A DNA stretch of 64,000 bases from Podarcis melisellensis (taxonomy: Eukaryota), in assembly GCA_964234715.1 (NCBI GenBank), contig OZ174276.1, one strand, 5' to 3'. The position numbers were made by a program, and so were the translations under genes. The notes under the pieces are model-generated. The model was not told where the DNA came from, did no database searches, and was given only the letters and a program-made list of their open reading frames with translations. Below, piece after piece: positions 13,955 to 23,480 of this stretch (within the stretch, counting starts at the first letter, position 1; every line of letters begins with the position of its first letter).

Positions 13955-14610
13955 GTTATAACAAAGAGGAAACCTGTCTAGCTATCCTGAATGACTGTGC
14001 CCTGGAACAGTGGGTCATGGAAGCAATCAGAGGGAGGCTGGTGACCTTGGATTTAATTTTAAATGGGGTCCAGGACCTGCAACTGTTGTTGAACCGACTG
14101 GGAACAGTGTCCACAGCGCGAAAGGGATCCTGGAAGCTACAGGCCAATTAGCTTAGCATCTGTTCCACGAAAGCTGGTGGAAAGCGTTTAACGATAGAAT
14201 TAAGAAGTATATAGAAGAACAGGTCTTACTGAAACAAATCCAGCATGACTTCTTCAAGGGTAAGTCCTGCCACACTGACCTTTAAGTGTTATTTGGGAGA
14301 GTTTCAGAAAGCATACAGATAGAGGTGATCCGGTCAACACTGCGTAGTTAGATTTTCCAAAAGCTTGTGATAAAGCCCCTCACCAAAGACTCCTTGCTAA
14401 GATTACAAGTCATGGGAGAAGAGGAGGGGTCCTCTTAATGGACAGTAACTGGTTAAGGAACAGGAAGAGTAGGAGTAAACAGGAAGATCTCTCTCAATGG
14501 AGGGGGTATAAGAAGTGAAGCCTTCCAACGGTTGGTATTGTGAGCTGTGCTCTATCATTTGTTCATGAATGGTCTAGTGTTAGGGATGAGCAGTGAGGTA
14601 ATAAAGTTCC
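13955..14610 (+). mobile_element. Degraded CR1 LINE ORF2 fragment with an internal deletion
   Basis: Broken frames read LNDCALEQWVME...TLDLILNG (end of endonuclease), then DPGSYRPISLASVP.KLVES, QH.F.KGKSC and LDF.KA.DK.PH (RT). Ends are approximate. Confidence 0.8.
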
Positions 14611-16779
14611 CCCACTACGTATTGTGGAAGGCAGTGAGACTATGTGATGACGATACAGCGAAGGGACAGGGACAGCTAGTGTGGCCTTAACTACCCCCCC
14701 TTCACACAATTGTAATCAGATTTGTTGTTGCTGTTATTTCATTTCATTTATGAATCGCTTCTTATTAAGTATCTTGAAGCAATTTCACAGTGCAGTAGAA
14801 GCATGTATGAAACAAATTGCATGTATTGGAGCAGTTAAAACAATTGCATATATAAAAAACTATTTCATATCCAATACAGAGCAAAATACAGATAAAAATC
14901 TCCACTTAGAAGGCTTATTGAAAGAGGAAGGAAAATGCCCCAATAAGGGAGGGAGAGTCTGTCTGTCTGTCTGTCTGTCTCGCTCTCTCTCTTGTTTTTG
15001 TGTGGGAGAGGGAGAGACAAGGTTGTTATGGGCTTAGCTGCAAAATCTTCTCCCACCACAATCAGGAAGAAGGCTATTTTGCCTTAATAGCAAAATGGTG
15101 AAATCTCTGTTTGTCTCTATACAACTGAAAAGGGAAGAGCTCCTGAATCCAACTTCTCCAGTGTGAACAGCTGGAGCACCTAAGGAGAAGACTTTGCCAA
15201 AAGTTGCCTTGCTGTTCCATGTTGGAGAAAAGGGGGTTGGTTAGATTGCTAACTTGTGTCTCAGCTGACATAGCCAATGCTGCTGGTGCTTCAAATGCTG
15301 CACAGTTCAAAACGTGGCCCTTCTTAGTATTTGCTGAGCAGGACCTTAAGAACTGAGGAAATGATGTTCAAGGTCAGAAACTAGAGAAAATGGGAGATAA
15401 ACAAGGCATTGAAGGAGAAGACTGTATGTATCAGAACACCAGGAAAATACATGGATCAAAACTTGTGACCAGAGGGAATGGAGGAACATGATACGCACAC
15501 AAACAGTGTGAGTGGGTAGAAGAGGAAGTAAAAGAAGGGAGTTGCAGTATGTGGCTGCATAAGCATATGAAAGACATTTACAGTCCCAAAATGTTAATCT
15601 GACTCAAGCGTTTGCTCGCTGTATAAATTTCCTATGAATTACTCGACTTTAAGACTCAAGGATTTTGCTTCCCGCAATGGAGGACTTTTGTTTTTCCTTC
15701 TGTTCATTAAAACTGCCTTTCATGAATCCAAAAATAAAGCTCACAAAGTCTGTGATTCAACCCACATGCAAATGGATGGTGAGGAAAGGATCCTGGCGTT
15801 GCCAAGTTAGGCGGAGAGGTCACAGGGGGTGCACATTTGACCACATGGAATGCATTATGGGGCCTAATGTGGGAGGAGGAGAAGGCGGTTGGCACAGGGA
15901 TTAAGGAATGAGAGCATTAAGCTGTGACGTTTGTAACGTTCTGTTTATGCAGGCGTAGGAGGCGGTGCCGCAGTCCTAGGGATGCTCTCATCTTTGATTC
16001 AATAGTGACCTCAGCTGCTCCTGCATGGTGCTGAGGAGACAGTGCTGCAGGGTATGACATGGATGACCCAGTAGGGGACATTCAAATCTTTGATATTTCT
16101 CTCAGTTCCTCACTGTGGCTCTAAGGCAGGGGTGAGCAGAAGGTAGTACAGGATATTCTGGTAGATTTTCGGGTGATTTGAAGGTTTCTGACTCACCGTT
16201 GTTTAACTATAGTAACAATTCGTGTGTGGGAAGTGTTTGTTTATGGTACTCAGAACAAATTTCTTGGCTCGGGATTCTCTAGTCCTAAGTGTGCATGCTT
16301 TGTACCTGGCTCCATTTGGTGGATCTGGGAGTTCTAGTCCCACAAAATTCTAGTCTGCCCTGTATCTTCCTGGCTCCACATTGTGGCTCATCCTGAATGT
16401 TTTGCTGGGAAAAAAAACATTGGGTGCTTTTAGAGAAATGCTTCTGGGCATCATAATGCTTATGGTATGGTATGTCCATATCCAAATACTTGCAAATTCA
16501 CTCTTCAGCTCTGTAAAACCTTCTCTCCAACTGTGTTGGACAGTGTAAGCTTTTCATTTCTCAACTTTGTCTAGTGTTCCCATGTACTGTTAAGCTGTCC
16601 CTGCCTCCGTCTTGCTCTTGAAACATTGCACTGGACTTGGGGATAAATGATCTCAATATTTATTGGACATGGAACTTTGGGGATCCTGTATCTTAAGCAG
16701 CAACAGCAACGAATTATTGAATTGTTACATGGGAAACTTCCAGAAATATTTTTGCTGATTTGACCTCTTTTTCTTGCAG

Positions 16780-16894
16780 TTGCCTGTCCTGTGTGAATGG
16801 ATTCTTCCCTTGCCATTGGTGTAAATATCGTCATATTTGTACCCACAATGCCGCTGACTGTTCCTTTCTGGAAGGGCGTGTCAACATGTCTGAG
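16780..16894 (+). CDS. PLXNA1: Plexin-A1 coding exon (second PSI domain): (S)[38 protein letters not shown]
   Basis: Polypyrimidine tract ending ttcttgcag at 16779; donor GAG|gtaagt after 16894; 115 nt. Translation closely matches recalled vertebrate PLXNA1 ([34 protein letters not shown]) and joins in frame to the next exon. Confidence 0.93.
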
Positions 16895-17197
16895 GTAAGT
16901 TACCAAGACTGCCTTTGCAACTCTGTATCTTTTCTCCCCCCCATCCCTTTCTTCATAACAATACTACATACAAAAAGACCTGTATCATTTAAAAGCATCT
17001 GATCCAAGGCTCAGGTAGTAAAAAATAACACCACCCTGTTTTGTACTGTGGTAATTTGTATATGGGGCTTTGTTCTGGGCATCACTGTTCAAAAATGTGG
17101 GAAATGATTTAAGAGAGCCACAAGGGTAAGAGAGAATATAAAAGGTAGATCATATCGGGAAAAGTTGATTGCTTATTTTGATTGCTTATTTACTTTC

Positions 17198-17605
17198 TGT
17201 GATGGGACGATGAGCTGCTTGTGCGTAAAATGCAAGTCCCTCAGAGTTTGATCAGGTTTTCAAACCTCTGCCTGTGACGGAGCCCCTCCAGCATGGCTGC
17301 GTCAATCACTAGTAGAATCCGAAAGTGGCTGCTTTCGGAAACGTTTCCAACATAAAAGCTCCTTAACGGAAACACGTCGTCTGGCCTCTCGGCGTGACAG
17401 TTTCCGTCGAGGTGTGGGTGTCCCTATAGGAGGTCCTGAGACCTCCCCACTGGTTTCGCTTGAAGCGTCTCTGAGCCATCCCTCCGACTCACTTTCCCTT
17501 GGAGTTCTTGCTCGCCCTCTACTGGTTCCCTCTTCCGCTGCTACTGCTCTCTCAACCTCAGGGAGCCTTTGCACCTGCGGCGCTTTAGATGTCAGTTCCC
17601 TGACA
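17198..17605 (-). repeat. 3' LTR of the Gypsy element
   Basis: Preceded in sense by the PPT; same sequence as the 5' LTR. Confidence 0.97.
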
Positions 17606-20600
17606 TCCACCTCCCCTCCAGGGCCCCCTTCACCCCCTCCCGTCTCCTCTCCTACTGGCGGTGAGGAGGTAAAACCCCTGAAAGAACCTCCCTCATCTTC
17701 CGACGTCGCGAACACTTCCTTCCACTTGTTGCTGTTCCTACTCTCTAGGTACTCTTCGTCATCAGAGTCCACTCCATCTTCCAACTCCGACTCCGCGAAC
17801 CCTTCCATTTCCTCTTCCTCATCGGTGGTGCCGAAATACTCCCTCCTAAACCTTGCTATAGGCTGAGGTTTCCTCGGGAACCTTTGGTGGAACGTTTCTG
17901 TTAAAACCTCGTCATTGACTTCCTCTGCACTTACCCAGGTGTTTTCTGACTCCGGTTCCCCTTCCCACGCCACCAAATACTCCACCTGATTACCCTTCCA
18001 CCTGGAATCGAGGATTTCCGCTACATGGTTGCGGCGTTCCCTCTCTTCCAAGGCTGGTCCCCTGACGTGCTCCCCTTCACGTCCCCCCCTGTATGGTGAC
18101 AGTAACGACCTGTGGAACACTGGGTGCAATTTCATGTGGTTGGGTAATCGGAGTTTGAAAGCTACCGGGTTGACCTGCTGAATCACCTCAAAGGGTCCCA
18201 ATCTTCTGGGCCTCAGTTTCTTACAACCCCCTTTGAACGGCAACCCTTGGGTTGACAACCACACTTGATCCCCCACCCTTATGGTTTCACCTTCCCTTCT
18301 GTTCTTGTCTGCCTGCTTCTTATATTGTGCCTTGGCCCTTTCTAAGTTGAGCTGGAGCTGCTGATGGATGGCTTCCATCTCTTCTACAAAATGTTCAGCC
18401 GCTGGAACGCTCCATCTCTCCCCTCCTTCCCCTGGAAATGCCCTGGGGTGACACCCGTAATTAGCCAAAAAGGGACTCATCCCTGTGGACACATTCTCCG
18501 CATTATTGTAGGCAAATTCTGCCAACGCCAACTTTTCGACCCAATCGTTCTCTCTGTCATTGACATAACACCTAAGATATTGTTGAAGAATGCCATTTGC
18601 CCTTTCCGCCTGCCCGTTGGTTTCAGGGTGCCGGGCAGTTGAAAAATTAACTTCCACGTGTAGCAAGCTCATGAGCTTCCTCCAGAACCTGGAAGTAAAT
18701 TGTTTGCCTCGATCTGAGATCACCCTCGAGGGAGCCCCGTGCAACCTAAAGATATGTTCCACAAACAACTTCGCCGTTTCTTCCGCTGTGACTGCATGTG
18801 AGCATGCTACAAAATGGCACATCTTAGTTAACAGGTCTACTACTACCATGATGGCTGTTTTCCCCTTGGACCTTGGCAGATCCGTCATAAAATCTATTGA
18901 TATCGCTTCCCAAGGCCGTTCTGGTGTGGGTAAAGGTTCTAATAACCCTGCCGGCGCCCTTCTTTCCCCTTTGGCTCGCTGACATTGGTCACACCCTCTT
19001 ACATACTCCCTTACATCTTCCCTCACCTTAGGCCACCAAAATTCCCTGGTAACCAACCACATGGTTTTGTGTTGCCCAAAATGTCCCGCCGTGGGGCTAT
19101 CATGCAACTGCTTGAGTACTCTCCCCCTCAATTCACCTTCGGGTATATACAGTGCCCCTTTGTAATACAATGCCCCATTTCTTTCCTCAAAACCTCCGGG
19201 GCTCTCGCCCTCCCCCCTGAGACCTCTGAGCTTATCCTGGGCATATTCATCATTTTCCGTTTCCTCCACCAGTTCCCGTTGCCCCACCAGCGCCGCCCCA
19301 CACACCCAGCGGTCCTCCGGGATGACATGTCTCTCTTCGATCACCTCCTCCCCTTCCCAATACTCTGGTTTGCGTGAGAGCGCATCCGCCCTGACGTTTT
19401 CTGGGCCTGGCACATAACAAATCTCAAAGTTAAATTTGGAGAATTCCTGTGCCCATCTCACTTGTCGTTGGTTGAGCACTCGAGCTGTTCTCCAATACTC
19501 TAAATTTTTGTGGTCGGTGCACACTTGCACCTTGTGTTGTGCCCCAATTAATAAATGTCTCCACCTCCGGAATGCTTCGTGAATGGCAAGTAGTTCCCTG
19601 TCATACACCGTGTAATTCCTCTCGGACTTATTCAGTTTCCGCGAGAAGAATGCACACGGTCTCCACTCCGACGCACTCCTCCCCGGTTGAAGAAGGACCG
19701 CCCCTATAGCCCGGTCGGATGCATCTGTTTCCACTCTCATGGGTTTTTGTAAATCCACATGCAGAAGTTGTTCTTCCGAGGCGAAAGCCCTTTTCAGTTC
19801 TTCAAAGGCTCGATCCGCCTCCACCGTCCAAACAAATTTCTTCTTGCTGCTGAGGCAGTCGGTGATGGGCGCCGTCAAGTGGGCAAAGTTCTTGATGAAC
19901 TTCCGATAAAAGTTCCCAAACCCCAAGAATCTTTGCACGTCCTTCTTGGTCTTCGGTGTCTTCCATTCCAGTACCGCTTGAACCTTGCCTGGATCCATGG
20001 CCAATCCCTTGTCTGACAAGCGGTACCCCAGGAATTCCACCTCCTTGGTATGAAACTGGCACTTCTCCAGTTTCACCCACAGCTGGTTGGCTTGCAGCCT
20101 GCCCAACACTTCTCGAACGTCCCTCACATGCTGTTCCTCATCTTCCGAATACACCAACACGTCGTCTAAAAAGGCCACACAGTTCTTGTAGAGCAAAGGT
20201 CCCAGAACGTGGTTTATAAAAGCTTGAAAACAGGCGGAGCCCCCTTGTAGACCGAAGGGCATAACGAGGTATTCAAAGGCTCCCAAAGGGGTAAACATGG
20301 TGGTCTTCCATTCATCTCCCTTCCTTATGCGTATCAGATTGTACGCCCCCCGCAGGTCCAGTTTTGTAAAAATCTTTCCCTTCCTTACTCTGGTCAAAAT
20401 GTCGTCAATTCGGGGCATAGGGAAAGCCAGGGGCTCCGACACTGCATTGAGGGCCCTGAAGTCACACACCAGTCTCGGTTTGTCTGTGTTCTTTTTGTCC
20501 ACAAAGAACACTGGGCTGCCCCCCACCGCTCGGGACTCTCTGATGAAACCTCGCTTCAAGTTTTTGTCAATGAACTCCCTCAGCTCCTGCATCTCCCTGT

Positions 20601-21281
20601 CTGACATGGCGTACAGCTTGCCTACTGGGAGTTGGGCCCCTGGGAGTAGGTTGATTTGACAGTCAAAGGGTCTATGCGGTGGCAGTTTGTCTGCTTCCCT
20701 TTCGCTGAATACGTTGCTCAGATCTGCGTATTGCGGGGGCACCTTCCCTTTGCCCATCACTTCCATCCCCGCTAGGGTGACTCTGTCTCCTCCCGAGACC
20801 TTCCCCTCCTTGCAGTGTTCTAGGCAATGCGCTGACCCAAAGGAGACCACCCTCTGATGCCAGCCCACTAGCGGATCGTGTAGCGCCAGCCAGCTCATCC
20901 CCAAAATGATGGGCGCTCCTCCCAGGATGGCCACATTAAACGCTATCTGTTCGGTGTGCCTTGCCACTCTCATTATCATCGGGACAGTCTGTTGGCTAAC
21001 TTCTCCCCCCAACAGCTCTCTGCCGTCAATCGTAGTCACCTGCAAGGGGTTACTTAAAGGGATGGTCTGTATCTGGTGCTCAGCTGCAAACTCCTTACTC
21101 ATGAAATTACAGGAGCTGCCTGAATCCAAAAGCGCCTTGACCTTTAGTGGGTGTCCGTTTGGCAGTTCTAGTAACACCTCTATCACTAAAGCAGGTCTGG
21201 GAGGTTCTGGCATGGGCACTTTCATTGCTCTTTGGCCTGGCTGCTGTGCCCCGACGGTGGCAGCCAGGCGTTGGCTTTTAC
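17302..21281 (-). CDS. pol: Retrotransposon Pol (protease, RT, RNase H, integrase, chromodomain, acidic/basic tail), -1 frame relative to gag; start given at the inferred frameshift
   Basis: Uninterrupted ORF: LLDSGS (protease), MPFGL and FLDD (RT), ETDASD/DHKNL/ADALSR (RNase H), H..H..CDQC and IDF/SDRG/QAER (integrase), GPF motif, ILDSR..YLVAWEG..NTW (chromodomain). The stop codon is inside the 3' LTR. Confidence 0.95.
17606..17619 (-). promoter_or_regulatory. Polypurine tract (plus-strand primer)
   Basis: Sense GGAGGGGAGGTGGA directly before the TGTCA start of the 3' LTR. Confidence 0.85.
21214..21281 (-). promoter_or_regulatory. Putative -1 ribosomal frameshift signal (H-type pseudoknot)
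   Basis: Sense GTA AAA, 6-nt spacer, stem 1 GCCTGGCTGC/GCAGCCAGGC, stem 2 GGGCAC/GTGCCC, A-rich 15-nt loop; lies in the gag/pol overlap. Confidence 0.75.
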
Positions 21282-22241
21282 TTGCTCCTTGCTTTCCTCT
21301 TCCTTTCCCCCAACAGCTCCTGCCATCCCTTGCCATTCCTTTCTTTGTGGGCAGACTCTGGCAAAGTGCCCTGGCTGTTGGCAGAGATAACATCTCTTGG
21401 CGCTCTTTCCCTCCTTCTTCCGCCCTTCACTGGGATTTGAAACTGCGCGCGCCCGCGCTGTTCCAACTTCCATCGGCTCTGCCGGCGGGAAAGATGGCTC
21501 TGGAATGTCTGGAATGCGGAACTCCCTCCAACGGTCTCCTTTCCCTTCCCGCCTTTCCAAAGCCCTCGCCTCCTGGCGCGCTCCTATGGCCAGCGCAGAT
21601 TTGGTTAATTGGTCCATAGACTCCGCCCTGGGCCCCCGGGAAAGCTCATCTTTGACGGTTGAAGAAAGCCCCTCTTCGAAAAGCATTTGGATGGGCTCCG
21701 CCGATAGGTCCCACCCCAATTTATGAATCAGCATAGTAAATTCAGTCCAGTACTCACGGACAGATCTGCTTCCTTGCTGGCAAGCCATTAACTGCCTTCG
21801 CACCACCCCCTGCTCAATATCGCTGGAAAACATCAGGTCCATGGCACGAAAAAACTTCCTCGTGTCCTTTAAGATCTCATTATTCGCTGCCATCAGGGGT
21901 CTAACCCAATCTTTCGCCCCGGATTCGAGATGGCCAATCACATACGCCACTCGCGATTCCTCGTCGGGGAAGTCATCAAACTGCAAGTTTAGAGCGTATT
22001 GCATCTCTGTTCTAAAGGCATGATAGTTCCTGGGATCCCCCCCGAATTTCTGCACCAATCCTGGTACCTTTCTGGCGAGCGGGGTGGTTTTCTCCTTTCC
22101 CTTTTCTGCATCCTGAGCCCTCCTCTCCTCAAGCCTCGCCGTTTGCAGCGCCAACTGGATCTCCAACGCTCTGTACCTTTCTTCCAGGCTTGGACCCCCT
22201 CCAGCTGCTCCTGCACCCCCGGTTCCGGCTGGGTTGCTCAT
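21222..22241 (-). CDS. gag: Retrotransposon Gag, 339 aa from MSNPAG; capsid-like domain and CCHC zinc knuckle
   Basis: First ATG after the 5' LTR is at 22241; KFGGDP...F...RVAYVIGHL.SGAKDW resembles sushi/PEG10-type Gag; CYLCQQPGHFARVC is CX2CX4HX4C. Confidence 0.93.
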   Translation of the reverse strand: MSNPAGTGGAGAAGGGPSLEERYRALEIQLALQTARLEERRAQDAEKGKEKTTPLARKVPGLVQKFGGDPRNYHAFRTEMQYALNLQFDDFPDEESRVAYVIGHLESGAKDWVRPLMAANNEILKDTRKFFRAMDLMFSSDIEQGVVRRQLMACQQGSRSVREYWTEFTMLIHKLGWDLSAEPIQMLFEEGLSSTVKDELSRGPRAESMDQLTKSALAIGARQEARALERREGKGDRWREFRIPDIPEPSFPPAEPMEVGTARARAVSNPSEGRKKEGKSAKRCYLCQQPGHFARVCPQRKEWQGMAGAVGGKEEESKEQVKANAWLPPSGHSSQAKEQ

Positions 22242-22274
22242 GATGCTTCTCTCTGCACAAGCTGGCTTTCGGTG

Positions 22275-22285
22275 ACTTTCGGATT
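22275..22285 (-). promoter_or_regulatory. Putative self-priming primer-binding site AATCCGAAAGT
   Basis: 2 nt after the 5' LTR; no TGG start; exact reverse complement of LTR 22406-22416 (sense ACTTTCGGATT). Confidence 0.8.
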
Positions 22286-22287
22286 GC

Positions 22288-22695
22288 TGTGATGGGACGA
22301 TGAGCTGCTTGTGCGTAAAATGCAAGTCCCTCAGAGTTTGATCAGGTTTTCAAACCTCTGCCTGTGACGGAGCCCCTCCAGCATGGCTGCGTCAATCACT
22401 AGTAGAATCCGAAAGTGGCTGCTTTCGGAAACGTTTCCAACATAAAAGCTCCTTAACGGAAACACGTCGTCTGGCCTCTCGGCGTGACAGTTTCCGTCGA
22501 GGTGTGGGTGTCCCTATAGGAGGTCCTGAGACCTCCCCACTGGTTTCGCTTGAAGCGTCTCTGAGCCATCCCTCCGACTCACTTTCCCTTGGAGTTCTTG
22601 CTCGCCCTCTACTGGTTCCCTCTTCCGCTGCTACTGCTCTCTCAACCTCAGGGAGCCTTTGCACCTGCGGCGCTTTAGATGTCAGTTCCCTGACA
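22288..22695 (-). repeat. 5' LTR of the Gypsy element
   Basis: Sense TGTCA...TCACA; direct repeat of 17198-17605 at offset 5090. Confidence 0.97.
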
Positions 22696-23174
22696 CTTTC
22701 CATACCGCTTAATGTATTAAAAGTATCTCCAAGTGGCGTACAGAAAACTGAAGCAACAACAGACATGTTAAGCAAAATATTACAAATGCACAGTTACATA
22801 TTAAAACATCACATTAAAACAAAGTTACTAATATATCTCAATCAGTATCAATTCATTTTCCTTCAGACATTCCTTCTCAGCCCCCTGGATTCTCACCCAG
22901 GGTCCAGACAAACACTAAGCTCACAAAAGTCTCACATTGATAAAAGTTGCTGGAAACCATGGCTATCACCCTAGTTTCTCCCTCTGCACTTGCTTTTTAT
23001 GGGCAGGTATCAAGGTGGATGCTACTTCCTCAGCTATGTCTCATTCAGCTGCACTCTCCACACCCAGTTCCAGGTGCAGCAGGTTTGTTGTGTTTCCCAG
23101 GGGGTCCAGAGGAGGGGAAAGTGTCCCCCTCCATTCACAGCTCTTTCTTCACCCTCTGTCCTCTCCTCCTTCTT

Positions 23175-23480
23175 CAGCTGCTTGAAGGACCTTGGTATGT
23201 TTATCTATGGAACAAGATTGGAGAAAAGGCTTGGAGGTGTGGAAAAAAGGTTAACAGGCTTCATTGTGGGAGAAAGAGAACAAATAATTGTTCATTCTGT
23301 TCACGTCTGTGAATTGTTCTGTCTGTGATAGTATAAGAAGTAATGGTTTAAAAGTATTTTGGCTAATCTTCAGGAAGACCTGCCTGGCTGAAATTCCACA
23401 GTGTAAGAAACTGTCTTGGAAACTTGGTGGAATTTTCTCCCTTTTGAAGTTGTAAAAGAAAGGCTGGACAGGCATTTAGT
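23175..23480 (+). mobile_element. Old CR1 LINE 3' ORF2 fragment, probably continuing 17060-17167
   Basis: LKDLGMF-like segment, agaagtaatggtttaaa, and SP..EV.K.RLD.HL-like end; heavily diverged, ends approximate. Confidence 0.55.

Larger units (their letters stand above)
17198..22695 (-). mobile_element. Full-length Ty3/Gypsy LTR retrotransposon (chromovirus, Tf1/sushi-like), 5498 bp
   Basis: Two 408-bp LTRs (17198-17605, 22288-22695) with TGT...ACA ends that look identical by eye; 5-bp TSD CTTTC (17193-17197, 22696-22700); gag and pol ORFs in PR-RT-RH-IN-chromodomain order; PPT next to the 3' LTR. Confidence 0.97.

Noticed and set aside
1-16779. Further PLXNA1 exons upstream, and after 61235
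   Set aside because: I looked for the expected neighbours (...FVFYNCSVHQS and L.PETGPRQGGT...) by eye and did not find them; a spliced alignment would settle this.
21282-21393. ORF-track start of Pol at 21393, and of Gag at 22325
   Set aside because: The Gag call starts inside the LTR at a non-ATG codon, while the first ATG after the LTR is 22241; Pol is better explained by a -1 frameshift.
17414-22292. Several + strand ORFs antisense to gag/pol (up to 237 aa)
   Set aside because: Shadow ORFs of the coding strand; no motifs or independent signals.
22392-22775. 127-aa ORF in the 5' LTR as a separate gene
   Set aside because: It is the LTR copy of the Pol C-terminal frame extended by chance into flanking DNA.
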